Of a DNA stretch of 64,000 nt, positions 28,317 through 37,740 are shown in pieces. Source of the DNA: a virus; IMG/VR virus record IMGVR_UViG_3300025892_000010; one strand, written 5' to 3'. Position 1 is the first letter of the stretch; every line of letters begins with the position of its first letter. The notes beneath the pieces were generated by a model that saw only the letters and a program-made list of their open reading frames with translations, made no database searches and was not told where the DNA came from. The translations under genes and the position numbers were made by a program.

Positions 28317-28324
28317 TATTTATA
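28317..28324 (-). promoter_or_regulatory. T4-type late promoter TATAAATA
   Basis: Exact intergenic motif. Confidence 0.75.
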
Positions 28325-28341
28325 ACAAAAACTAGCTAGAA

Positions 28342-28677
28342 TTATAGAGAGACCTGTGGTCTAACTGATATAACGCCTTCAATTACTCTGGTAACGACAT
28401 CACCGGTTTGAATTTCTAGGTCATAAACATACCTAGTATCTTCAAGGGCTGAGGTTTGTGTGGCAGATAGAGTTAAGGTCACTACTCCTGAAGCTGCGTC
28501 TGAAGCAATAGTAGTAGTAAAATCTGTTCTCGTTCTTGTTGAGGCATAACCTTTAGCTAATTTTGCTCTCGCTGTATAACCAGCAAGATTAAAAGGGTTA
28601 CCATTTGCGTCTTTTACCGTCACATCCGAAGTAAAAGAAGCGCCTTGGTCTATTTGTAAATTAGCTATAGCCGCCAT
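28342..28677 (-). CDS. Virion structural protein (Ig/BppU-N-like beta-sandwich)
   Basis: NL.IDQGA.F, L.GYT, G...L.L...QT..L...RYVYD.EI, RV.EG. Confidence 0.75.
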   Translation of the reverse strand: MAAIANLQIDQGASFTSDVTVKDANGNPFNLAGYTARAKLAKGYASTRTRTDFTTTIASDAASGVVTLTLSATQTSALEDTRYVYDLEIQTGDVVTRVIEGVISVRPQVSL

Positions 28678-28872
28678 CTATTTTTTCTCTGTCTCGTTTT
28701 TAAGTAATTCTACGATTTTTTTATTGTAATAGTCAGTTAGTACATCAATCTTTTCAATTTCTAGTGTGTGTCTAGTCTTGTTAACTTGAATTTCTTGTCT
28801 TACTACCAAACAATTCTGTAAATCGGGACTAAATTTAGTCTCGTCATATTCTTTACCATCAATTGTAATCAT
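28678..28872 (-). CDS. Small hypothetical protein
   Basis: True start MITIDGKEYD at 28872 with AAGGAG RBS; 64 aa, coiled-coil-like. Confidence 0.7.
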   Translation of the reverse strand: MITIDGKEYDETKFSPDLQNCLVVRQEIQVNKTRHTLEIEKIDVLTDYYNKKIVELLKNETEKK

Positions 28873-28895
28873 TTCAATTCTCCTTCTTATACTAT

Positions 28896-28912
28896 TATTT
28901 ATATGATAAATA
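28896..28912. promoter_or_regulatory. Divergent late promoters (TATAAATA minus, 28896-28903; GATAAATA plus, 28905-28912)
   Basis: Both motifs lie between divergent genes. Confidence 0.65.
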
Positions 28913-28936
28913 CTAGTAGATACTGGAGAAAATATA

Positions 28937-29746
28937 ATGAAAATGCGATATTTAAATAATTGGGCTATTGAACTATCAGATATTGATATATCAAAAGCAA
29001 CAACACAAATAGCACACCTTATTACCAATCTTACTTTAGAACATATGGTTGTTGTTATACGTAATCAAAATCTAACACCACAACAACAAGTAGATTTTTG
29101 TAGTAAAATCGGTAAGTTTCAAGATACCGATACAGATAGAGGTAAAGACTTATCTGTTTACAATGGAATATTAAGAGTCACCGGTAAGAAAAATGAAAGA
29201 GGTGAAGAAGGACTTTTTGGTCACACATCAGCATTGGATTGGCACGCCAACCAGGCCAGTAATTATGAACGTAAACCTTTAATATGGTTATATGGTGTTG
29301 AGGGTACTAAAGGCAGTAGAACTAGTTGGATTAATAATATAAAATCTTACAATGCTTTAAGTGACGATATAAAAGAAAAAATTAAAGATATAAAAATTAC
29401 TTTAGGTTATAAAAAAGGCTCTTATAGTAATAGTAAGTTTTTTAAAGAACATCATCATAAAGATAGACCATTTAATTTAGTACACACTAATGACGCTGGT
29501 AAAAAAGGATTATACTTTCCTTATTTACAAGTTTTTGGTGGTTTAGATGATGAGTTATTTGATACTTTAAAAAATCATATACTAAAAGATGAGTTTAGAT
29601 ATGACCACGATTGGCAAGATGGTGATATAGTGTTAAGTGAACAATGGTTAAGTATTCACAAAAGATGGTCTTTTGAAGAAATGGAAAAAAGAATACTACA
29701 TAGAATAGCTTTTGACTACTCTAATGTCACTCTACATAAGCTCTAA
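28937..29746 (+). CDS. TauD/TfdA-family 2OG-Fe(II) dioxygenase (non-canonical HxN)
   Basis: VVVIRNQNLTP.QQ..F...IG, WHAN, H.WQDGDIV.....SIHKR, RILHRI. Confidence 0.85.
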   Translation: MKMRYLNNWAIELSDIDISKATTQIAHLITNLTLEHMVVVIRNQNLTPQQQVDFCSKIGKFQDTDTDRGKDLSVYNGILRVTGKKNERGEEGLFGHTSALDWHANQASNYERKPLIWLYGVEGTKGSRTSWINNIKSYNALSDDIKEKIKDIKITLGYKKGSYSNSKFFKEHHHKDRPFNLVHTNDAGKKGLYFPYLQVFGGLDDELFDTLKNHILKDEFRYDHDWQDGDIVLSEQWLSIHKRWSFEEMEKRILHRIAFDYSNVTLHKL

Positions 29747-30350
29747 AAATTATTCTTTCGCCTGTTTCATATTTAAATGGTGTTCGTCTATGTAATAGTG
29801 TAAAGTTATTTGCAATTACTAATCTATTTGTTTTCCATTGAACTTCTTGTATCTCATTTGATAAGACAGCATTTTGTAATTCTTTATATACATTTTCATC
29901 AAGATTAGCCATTTCATTCCAACGTGTGAAATACCCTTGTTCATCTTTACCAACAATTTCTTTTTCACCTTTGTATATTCTTCTTAAATATAATCTTTGG
30001 TCTAGTTTAGAATCAAACTTATAAAATCTACCCTCATCAATAGGTTTTTTAAAATTGAAAGTACATTTAAGACTTTCATATTTTTTACCTAATTCATCTG
30101 ATATTCTGGAAGAAATGTATTGAGTAGTAGGACATTTATCAGACGCCATCTTACACCACAATGCTTGATAGTTTGGTTGATTTTCAGTTTGTAATCCATC
30201 TTGGTGCCATAACTGATTAGGTATATCAGTAGTTTCTTTAGAAGTTATTTCCGGCAAATCAATCATATCTTTTACTTTGCCATACTTACTCATATATTGT
30301 TTAGCGTCATCTAAACTTTCTATGTTATCTATGATTTCAATATCTCGCAT
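29727..30350 (-). CDS. TauD/clavaminate-synthase-like 2OG-Fe(II) dioxygenase
   Basis: LWHQDG, P.YQALWC, W....LVIANN...LHRR.P, R.IFRAY. Confidence 0.75.
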   Translation of the reverse strand: MRDIEIIDNIESLDDAKQYMSKYGKVKDMIDLPEITSKETTDIPNQLWHQDGLQTENQPNYQALWCKMASDKCPTTQYISSRISDELGKKYESLKCTFNFKKPIDEGRFYKFDSKLDQRLYLRRIYKGEKEIVGKDEQGYFTRWNEMANLDENVYKELQNAVLSNEIQEVQWKTNRLVIANNFTLLHRRTPFKYETGERIIFRAYVE

Positions 30351-30817
30351 ACTTCTTGTTGAACTCCGTTAACGTCTCTATGTCCTTCTAATTGATTATA
30401 TTGCCAACCATCAGGTAAAAATTGTGTCGCATATTGAATAGTTAAAGCCATAGTTTTTCCTGTTCTTTTATATAATTCTGTTGACCAAAATAATTTCTTA
30501 TAACCTAATTTATCTGCAATTTCTATTTGATAAGGTGCTAAGTATTTCCAAGGATATCTTACTCTTTCACCTCTTACTTTGTATTGTCTATATTCTGGTG
30601 TAATATAACATCTACTATTTACTCTAGCAGTACCATCTTTCCACTTTTGTAATCCACTAAAACCTACTAACTGGCCGTCATCATACAATAAACAAAAGCA
30701 AATCATTTGATTTAACTTTAATTGTTTCAATGTGTAATTAGCTTTTAATTTATCTTTGCTTTGTGCTATATTATCTAACAACCATTGAGGTGGTGTGCCT
30801 TCAATTATTTTAAACAT
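30329..30817 (-). CDS. GNAT-fold acyl/acetyltransferase-like protein
   Basis: LYDDGQLVGFSGL...ARV.SRCYITPEYRQ...A.KLGYKKL GNAT pattern; ATG at 30817. Confidence 0.6.
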   Translation of the reverse strand: MFKIIEGTPPQWLLDNIAQSKDKLKANYTLKQLKLNQMICFCLLYDDGQLVGFSGLQKWKDGTARVNSRCYITPEYRQYKVRGERVRYPWKYLAPYQIEIADKLGYKKLFWSTELYKRTGKTMALTIQYATQFLPDGWQYNQLEGHRDVNGVQQEVCEILKS

Positions 30818-31434
30818 CTTTCTATTATCCAACCTGATATATCATATTCACTTAATCTAATTTTATTAGGATTTTTATGATGAATATTATGGTGTCCTTC
30901 ACCAGCAGATAACAAGTTAATAAAATAATTTGTTACCGGTTTTTCATCTTTATGACCTAATGCATTGAACAAACCATAACTAATAAAGCCTAATACTAAA
31001 GGTGATAATACAAATATAAAAAATACTTGAAAACTAATTAGTGATGTAGCAACTGCCGTGGCAATATGCAATTTTAACCAATGTTTATGAAAAAACATTA
31101 TTCTAGGATTTCTATATAAATCTTTAACGAACCCTCTATCTATTTTTTCAACTTTCCAATTATTTAAAAGAACGTTCCAGAAACCTTTGTGAGTTGGAGA
31201 GTGAGGGTCTTTTTCTGTATCTGAAAATTTATGATGTATTCTGTGAGCACCAATCCAACCTACTGGCGACCTAGAGAAAGCCAGCATAGATAAAAACAAT
31301 GAAATGACTTCAAATGTTTTACTTGTTTGAAATTGATTATGTGCGAAACGTCTGTGAAGACCGATAGATAAACCAAATATAGCAATCAATTGATACCATA
31401 TAAAGCCTAGTACCAGCATAATTATGATGGCCAT
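30805..31434 (-). CDS. Membrane fatty-acid desaturase (delta-9/DesC-like)
   Basis: His boxes HRRFAH, HRIHH..SDT..DPHSP and GEGHHNIHH; transmembrane segments. Confidence 0.92.
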   Translation of the reverse strand: MAIIIMLVLGFIWYQLIAIFGLSIGLHRRFAHNQFQTSKTFEVISLFLSMLAFSRSPVGWIGAHRIHHKFSDTEKDPHSPTHKGFWNVLLNNWKVEKIDRGFVKDLYRNPRIMFFHKHWLKLHIATAVATSLISFQVFFIFVLSPLVLGFISYGLFNALGHKDEKPVTNYFINLLSAGEGHHNIHHKNPNKIRLSEYDISGWIIERCLK

Positions 31435-31437
31435 TTT

Positions 31438-31728
31438 TTACTCTTCGGTTTCTAATATAATATTGTTAAGACCACAATATGTATTTCTGCCTGCTCTACT
31501 ATCTATTGATACATCTTCATTTAAAAAGTTATCAAGGGCATTAGTATCTTTAAATGTAAATGTCATAGTTTTTTTCAAACCATCAGCTGACTCTTCATTT
31601 AAATTATAACTTTCAATTTCTCCAGCCGCTACTAATTCATCTAGTCTAGTAATTACTTCAGCACCTGGCGTAAAGAATCCTACTGCTATATTAGGTCTAG
31701 TTTGTTTTACTCTGTTTATAATGCTCAT
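31438..31728 (-). CDS. Hypothetical protein
   Basis: 96-aa ORF starting 5 nt after a TATAAATA (31734-31741). Confidence 0.7.
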   Translation of the reverse strand: MSIINRVKQTRPNIAVGFFTPGAEVITRLDELVAAGEIESYNLNEESADGLKKTMTFTFKDTNALDNFLNEDVSIDSRAGRNTYCGLNNIILETEE

Positions 31729-31733
31729 ATGTT

Positions 31734-31741
31734 TATTTATA
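31734..31741 (-). promoter_or_regulatory. T4-type late promoter, predicted leaderless transcript
   Basis: TATAAATA-N5-ATG. Confidence 0.7.
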
Positions 31742-32531
31742 CTCCTTTTACAAATAGTTTTTCCGATACTATCTCATTTACAGGCTTGCCAAATAATTTA
31801 TTTCTGGTATACTCACAGGTGTTGTGATTCAAGTCCAACCAAGGAGTAATTCCTATAACCAAATTAATTCTAGGTTGTTCGTTTTCAACTTTCTTGACAA
31901 TGGTAGCCCGGTGTGGTTTTCTTGTATTCCAAAGATAAACTTTTCCAATTTCCAATTTATACGTCTTGTCTGACCACTCTATAACATATTCATCACTTGT
32001 TTGTAATGGTATGTTAATTCTTAACAATTGACAGGTTGGTTCATCTACGTGCCAGCCTCTATTGTTTGGTTCTTCACCATATCCAAAAATATAGGCAACC
32101 CGACTTCTCGCCATCGGAAAATTAAATTTTTCTAAAAAGAAACCAAGATGTTCTTTTATTACTTCATCTATCTTACAAAAACCAAACGTATCGTGATAAG
32201 TGTCCTTTAGTTGTTTGTGTTCACCTGCGCCTTTTTCTAATCCAAAATATTGTGTTGTTAAAGGCGACCCCCATACTTGACCATATCTACTCTGTTCTTT
32301 GTCTATAAAGTTAGGATTATATGTTAATCCAAAACCTTTATATTTTTCGTATGTGAAATCTTTTGTTTTCCAAGGAGATAAACCGACTTTAGATTCTATC
32401 TTTTTTACAGCTTCTAATATGTCTTTTGCTGGTGGTAAGTTTAATTCTTCTAATGTAAACTCTTGCCAACCAAAATTATCCTGTTTATCGTCTGTACCAT
32501 CAAATAGCTTTTTCACTTCATTTATAACCAT
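31737..32531 (-). CDS. Aspartyl/asparaginyl beta-hydroxylase-family 2OG-Fe(II) oxygenase
   Basis: RSRVA...WHVD....LRINIPLQT....G.VYLWNT..PHR....RINLV; start MVINEV at 32531. Confidence 0.8.
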   Translation of the reverse strand: MVINEVKKLFDGTDDKQDNFGWQEFTLEELNLPPAKDILEAVKKIESKVGLSPWKTKDFTYEKYKGFGLTYNPNFIDKEQSRYGQVWGSPLTTQYFGLEKGAGEHKQLKDTYHDTFGFCKIDEVIKEHLGFFLEKFNFPMARSRVAYIFGYGEEPNNRGWHVDEPTCQLLRINIPLQTSDEYVIEWSDKTYKLEIGKVYLWNTRKPHRATIVKKVENEQPRINLVIGITPWLDLNHNTCEYTRNKLFGKPVNEIVSEKLFVKGV

Positions 32532-32536
32532 ACGGA

Positions 32537-32550
32537 TATTTATATAAATA
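32537..32550. promoter_or_regulatory. Palindromic overlapping divergent late promoters TATTTATATAAATA
   Basis: TATAAATA on both strands, each exactly 5 nt from an ATG. Confidence 0.8.
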
Positions 32551-32555
32551 GTGGA

Positions 32556-33431
32556 ATGATTAATATAGTATGTACCAGTAAGCCTGGTGATGGATTGCTT
32601 TGTTATAGTTATGAGCATTGTTGTTATTTAAATTCTATTGGCATTAAAAGCCAAGTGGTAATTATCACACATCACAACTTTACAATACAAAATTATATAG
32701 ACTCAATAAATGAGAAATATAAGACCTATGAAAATGTGGTCTTTAACTCATATTCTCCAACTATGGAAGAAATTACTTTGATTATGGGTAGAAGTATGTT
32801 GACACTATCATATATCAATAGAAAAGATTATACAAACGACCAAATGTTAACTCTACATCTACTATTTGGTTGCAAACTTATATCTGTTTATTCTGAAAAT
32901 CACGTCAAAGAATATCCATTAGCTTTAGAACATTACAATCCAAAAGAAGTCTATGACTTATGCGATTGGGACGTTTACCCCAATGGTGTTGGTGCTCAAT
33001 ATGAAAAAATGATTAATTTTGAAGAGTATAAACCAGTAAAAAATGACGTACAATTTGAGTATCTATTTTTAGGCACAAATAACGTGTATTATAAAGAGGT
33101 AGATAGATGGATAAAAGAGTGTCCTAATTGTTTTAAATCACACGGAATATTGACATATGACGAGGATTATACTATAATGGATTACAATAATATAATTGCG
33201 CCTGTTCATAACTTATTAGGTCTTTTTAACACTTATGTTTATACAAAGAACTATTATGACCCAGCGCCAAGACTTATACAAGAATGTAAATGGTTGGGTA
33301 AAAATATAGAATATTTGAGAGATAAAAATATAAAAGATGGCGGTCCTGTTTATATGAAACGGCCGGTGCCTACAAAAGAAATGTACAAAGAGAACGCAAA
33401 AGTATTAGTAGATTTAATTAAGAGTATATAA
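32556..33431 (+). CDS. Hypothetical protein, possibly a divergent GT-B glycosyltransferase
   Basis: C-terminal YLFLG...DPAPRLIQECKWLGK resembles the GT-B E-x7-E-type motif region. Confidence 0.45.
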   Translation: MINIVCTSKPGDGLLCYSYEHCCYLNSIGIKSQVVIITHHNFTIQNYIDSINEKYKTYENVVFNSYSPTMEEITLIMGRSMLTLSYINRKDYTNDQMLTLHLLFGCKLISVYSENHVKEYPLALEHYNPKEVYDLCDWDVYPNGVGAQYEKMINFEEYKPVKNDVQFEYLFLGTNNVYYKEVDRWIKECPNCFKSHGILTYDEDYTIMDYNNIIAPVHNLLGLFNTYVYTKNYYDPAPRLIQECKWLGKNIEYLRDKNIKDGGPVYMKRPVPTKEMYKENAKVLVDLIKSI

Positions 33432-34117
33432 TGAAAAAAATATTATTAGCAAGTGGTTGTAGTTATACTACACACAATTACAATTCTCATTATCATACAG
33501 ATATGAAGTGTGATTGGCCAAAATGGCCTGAAATACTAGCAGATAAATTAGGTATGGATTGTATTAATGTTGGCCAATCAGGAGCCGGACAAGAATACAT
33601 TTATACTAGTATTGTAAATAATATTAATAAAGAAAATATAGGTTTAGTAATAGCAGGTTGGTCAAGAGCAAGTCGTAGAGATTATTGTTATCGTGGCAAA
33701 GACCATTGGCAAAATGATATTTGGGACGAAAAAGGCGATAATAATTATTTCATAGGTAGAAGTTTGATGTATCAGTATAGTTTTCAGCAATTATGTAAAT
33801 CACTAGGATTAAAATATAAACAAATGCAAATTATAAACTCTTATGAAACTGCAACTTGGGCTGGTTCTAATGAAGTTTGGCCACACGCAAGAGGCAAGTT
33901 ATTATCAAGACAAGGACACTATCTACATATGCAAAAAAATCCTTTATTTAATTTAATTGACGATAACTTTATTGGTTTTCCTGGTAAAGAATTGGGTGGT
34001 TTTTGTATGCAAGATTTTATGAAACATCCTGAAGATTATATTTCAGAAAAAGATTGGCACCCTAATGCTAAGGGTCACCAAGTGATAGCGGAGGAAATAT
34101 ATGCACGGTTGGGATAA
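33431..34117 (+). CDS. SGNH/GDSL hydrolase-fold protein
   Basis: Block I SGCSYT, block II NVGQSGAG, block V DWHPNAKGH..IA. Confidence 0.8.
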   Translation: MKKILLASGCSYTTHNYNSHYHTDMKCDWPKWPEILADKLGMDCINVGQSGAGQEYIYTSIVNNINKENIGLVIAGWSRASRRDYCYRGKDHWQNDIWDEKGDNNYFIGRSLMYQYSFQQLCKSLGLKYKQMQIINSYETATWAGSNEVWPHARGKLLSRQGHYLHMQKNPLFNLIDDNFIGFPGKELGGFCMQDFMKHPEDYISEKDWHPNAKGHQVIAEEIYARLG

Positions 34118-35141
34118 AGAATACGAAATCTTTACAAAAGAATATCAAGAACTATTTGATAAGTCTATGAGAAAAAATCAAGAGTCTAATATAGAGTTTC
34201 TTGAAGATAACTTATCTAATATGTTTGGTAGAAAGGCTGTTGTTTGTAATAGTGGTACAGACGCTTTATTCTTTTCACTATTAAGTTTAGGTATTGGTAA
34301 AGGTGATGAGGTATTAACAACCAACTTTTCTTGGATTTCAACTGCTAGTGTCATATCAATGACCGGCGCTACACCTATATTCTGTGATATTAATATACTA
34401 TCTTATCATATGTCAATAGAAAGTATTGAAGATATGTGTACAGACAAAACAAAAGCAATCATATATCCACATCTATTCGGCAATATGTCAGATACTAGCA
34501 AGATTCAAGAATTTTGTCAAGCAAAAAAGATACATTTTATTGAAGACGCTTGCCAATCTCTAGGTTCCAGTTATAATAGTATTAAGGCTGGAACAATAGG
34601 CGATTTATCTACATTAAGTTTCAATGCAAATAAGGTTGTATCAGGTATTGCTGGAGGTGGTGCTATCTTAACAGATGGTGATACTGATATATTTAAGAGA
34701 TTAAGAAAACACGGTGAAGGCAAACAATTAGGATATAATTCTAAAATGTTATTGTTTAATGCTGAAGTAATTAATTTTAGATTAAATAAATTAAAATATT
34801 ATATTAGTAAAAGACAAGAATTGGCCAAATACTATGATGAACAATTACAAGAATATGTGACCGTTCAACCTAATCCACCAGAATTAAATCATAACTATCA
34901 CAAATATGTAGTTAGATTTCAAAATAAAGAAGTAAGAGATAGAGTGAAAGCTAAGGTTGGTCAAATACATTATGATAAACCTATCTCTGCAAATAAGATG
35001 TATGAAAATATAGAACACAAAAAAGATACAAGTTTTATAAGTCAGATTGTATGTGATACAATACTTACTCTACCTTTACATCCGTTTATGAAAAAAGAGG
35101 AACAAGATAAAGTAATTAATACTATCTTACTATTAATATGA
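34101..35141 (+). CDS. DegT/DnrJ/EryC1/StrS PLP-dependent sugar aminotransferase
   Basis: NSGTDAL, GDEV, HLFGN, IEDACQSLG, SFNANK (PLP lysine), GGA. Confidence 0.93.
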   Translation: MHGWDKEYEIFTKEYQELFDKSMRKNQESNIEFLEDNLSNMFGRKAVVCNSGTDALFFSLLSLGIGKGDEVLTTNFSWISTASVISMTGATPIFCDINILSYHMSIESIEDMCTDKTKAIIYPHLFGNMSDTSKIQEFCQAKKIHFIEDACQSLGSSYNSIKAGTIGDLSTLSFNANKVVSGIAGGGAILTDGDTDIFKRLRKHGEGKQLGYNSKMLLFNAEVINFRLNKLKYYISKRQELAKYYDEQLQEYVTVQPNPPELNHNYHKYVVRFQNKEVRDRVKAKVGQIHYDKPISANKMYENIEHKKDTSFISQIVCDTILTLPLHPFMKKEEQDKVINTILLLI

Positions 35142-35446
35142 TAGAACACAATAAATCACTTACTCAATTTAGTTATGTTGATAAACAAGGCAATATGTCT
35201 GATATAACTAAAAAATGTCCTATTGAATTATGTAAGATTATGAATAAAATTTTAGGTGATAATATGTTTGACGAAAGTTTAGTTAATAAAGATGTTGAAG
35301 ATATTTACCACTATTTAATTGAGAAGACTTATCAAATGCCTGAATGGGTTGATATGTCTGTTATGTTAAACGATAAGCCGAAAGATAAGTTAAAGATAGC
35401 ATTTAACAAATTCTTTTTTGATATGATAAACTATGAAAACATTTAA
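35138..35446 (+). CDS. Hypothetical protein
   Basis: 102-aa ORF overlapping both neighbours. Confidence 0.65.
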   Translation: MIEHNKSLTQFSYVDKQGNMSDITKKCPIELCKIMNKILGDNMFDESLVNKDVEDIYHYLIEKTYQMPEWVDMSVMLNDKPKDKLKIAFNKFFFDMINYENI

Positions 35447-36257
35447 AGAGATACAAGATAATTACCGAGCAATAGATTTCTTTTTGTCTATGTCTTGTAA
35501 TAAAGATTGTCACTATTGTACAAGTTATACTTTAGAAATGCGTAATCTTACCGTTGATATGCAATTCTTAAAACAAACATTAGATTTCCTAAAAGATTAT
35601 AAGGTAAGAATTAATCTATTGGGTGGTGAGCCAGGCCTAATTAAAAATTTAGATGAAGTTATTACCGAAATTAAGAAGTATCCAAACTTTGTATGTTCAG
35701 TATTATCTAATTCTTTTATACGTAAAAGATACCCCCATATTTTAGAAGACAAAGATATATTGTATGTTGAACACAACATATTAGATTGGTATGAGGATGA
35801 AGTTAAGAAACTAGGTAACTTTGATTACATACCAGAAAATGATAACAATAATTTTAATGTAGTTGTTAGAACACCAAATTACTTTAAATACAAAGATAAG
35901 TATCCTGAAGTATTAGAAAAATTGAATCATAAAAATACAATGTGGAAAGCATTTAATGGCCGGTCACCAGAATTTACAGACGTTATACAGGCTGAAGAGA
36001 TAGATAGGAAAATGTGTGCAGCTTTTCCACAGGTGCCTGTAATAGATTTTGAAAAGAAACATATTGTGCATTGTAGTAAAAAGTTTGCAAATAACAAAGA
36101 ACTATCTAAAACGTTTGACTTAACGCAAGAGAATATAGATAAGATGATGAACTGGCAATTATTTAAATATGAAAACTATTGTAAAACTTGTACTGAATTT
36201 GTACCACCAAAAGGACATTTTACTTTTAGAAAATATGCGAGGGTTTTAAATGCATAA
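35433..36257 (+). CDS. Radical SAM enzyme with a C-terminal Twitch/SPASM-like Cys set
   Basis: CNKDCHYC (CxxxCxxC), LLGGEP, C-terminal C...HC...CKTC. Confidence 0.9.
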   Translation: MKTFKEIQDNYRAIDFFLSMSCNKDCHYCTSYTLEMRNLTVDMQFLKQTLDFLKDYKVRINLLGGEPGLIKNLDEVITEIKKYPNFVCSVLSNSFIRKRYPHILEDKDILYVEHNILDWYEDEVKKLGNFDYIPENDNNNFNVVVRTPNYFKYKDKYPEVLEKLNHKNTMWKAFNGRSPEFTDVIQAEEIDRKMCAAFPQVPVIDFEKKHIVHCSKKFANNKELSKTFDLTQENIDKMMNWQLFKYENYCKTCTEFVPPKGHFTFRKYARVLNA

Positions 36258-37740
36258 TATATACGCTGTTGCTTTAAATTTACACGACCAAAATGTTTAT
36301 GACGGAAAAATACATAGACAAATGGAAAGATATACTAGATTTAAACATAATCTACCATATCACGCAAATGCCTATGAAGAAGATAACGATAAACTGAATA
36401 CAAATGATTATGAATTAAACAATGAGTTTGTTAAAGATTATTTTCATAAGCCAGATAGTGGTATCTTGGCATTTACATATACTAATGGTGGTATTAGAAT
36501 GTGTAAAGAACTTATTGATAAAGAGTTTCTTGACTTTGTACCTAAAAAATTATTTGATTTTGTATTTAAAGATGATGTTTATTATTGTGACCACCATCAA
36601 TCTCACGCCACATATGCGTTTATAAACTCTGGTTTTGACAAGGCAGATATACTTGCCATTGATGGTATTGGTGCTAAGTTTAGATGTATCTTTGTTGATA
36701 AAGATGAAAATATAAAAGACTTATCAAAAGAATTACCGATTGGTTGGTTATGGAATCAAATGTCTAAACTTACAGGATTCGGGTCACTAGGTGCAAGTAA
36801 ACTTATGGGTCTTGTTGGCTATGGCAATTATAATCAATATTACTATGATGTATTTGAAACAATTGTATCAGGTGAAATAAAAGAAAAAAATTATGATATA
36901 CACAATATGATTAATATTGATAAATTTGGTAAAGAAGCATTAGCATTTACTTTACAAAAATTTACTTTAGATAAAATAAAAGAACATATCTACCCATTAA
37001 AGACTTGCGATAATTTATGTATTGCTGGTGGTGTTGCATACAACGGATATATGAATGAAGAGTTTACTAAACACTACAAAAATGTATATGTACCACCTGC
37101 TGTAGGTGATGAAGGCCAAGCAATTGGTGTTTATCAACACGTTAGTGTAAATATGAATAACTACAAACACAAATCAGAAACTTTTAGTGGCCACGGATAC
37201 CCACACAATTATGGTGAAAAGATTAACTATAAAGAAATAGCTCAAGCAATTGCTGATGGTAAAATTGTAGGTTGGTATCAAGGTCGTTCAGAGAGTGGTA
37301 ATAGAGCATTAGGCAATAGAAGTATATTAGCAGACCCACGTAATCCTGATATTAAAAATATTATTAATGCAACAATTAAAAACAGAGAAGACTTTAGACC
37401 TTTTGCACCAGCTGTATTAGAAGAACACTATAAAGAATACTTTGATACAAGATTGCCAAGTCCTTTTATGTCTCGTATATGCAAAGTTAAATCAGATAAA
37501 GTACCAGGCATAACTCACATTGATGGTACTGCAAGAATACAAACGGTCAATAAAGAGTTTAATGAAAAGTTTTACAATATCATAAATGAGTTTTATAAAA
37601 TAACAGGTATACCAATGCTATTGAATACAAGTTTTAATTGTCAAGAACCTATTGTAGAAACACCACAACAAGCAATAAAAACGTTTAGAAAAACTGCATT
37701 AGATATTCTAGTCATAAATGATTTGGTAATTAAGAAATGA
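36250..37740 (+). CDS. Carbamoyltransferase (CmcH/NodU/TobZ family)
   Basis: HHQSHA, IDGIG, KLMGL, GGVAYN, PPAVGDEG, GRSESGNRALGNRSILADPR, IKNRE.FRPFAP, LLNTSFN..EPIV. Confidence 0.95.
   Translation: MHNIYAVALNLHDQNVYDGKIHRQMERYTRFKHNLPYHANAYEEDNDKLNTNDYELNNEFVKDYFHKPDSGILAFTYTNGGIRMCKELIDKEFLDFVPKKLFDFVFKDDVYYCDHHQSHATYAFINSGFDKADILAIDGIGAKFRCIFVDKDENIKDLSKELPIGWLWNQMSKLTGFGSLGASKLMGLVGYGNYNQYYYDVFETIVSGEIKEKNYDIHNMINIDKFGKEALAFTLQKFTLDKIKEHIYPLKTCDNLCIAGGVAYNGYMNEEFTKHYKNVYVPPAVGDEGQAIGVYQHVSVNMNNYKHKSETFSGHGYPHNYGEKINYKEIAQAIADGKIVGWYQGRSESGNRALGNRSILADPRNPDIKNIINATIKNREDFRPFAPAVLEEHYKEYFDTRLPSPFMSRICKVKSDKVPGITHIDGTARIQTVNKEFNEKFYNIINEFYKITGIPMLLNTSFNCQEPIVETPQQAIKTFRKTALDILVINDLVIKK

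Noticed and set aside
6564-32618. N-terminal extensions given by the ORF track (7067, 10264, 10784, 29028, 30832, 32618)
   Set aside because: Downstream ATGs fit RBS, promoter position and family N-termini better, and the extensions overlap neighbouring genes.
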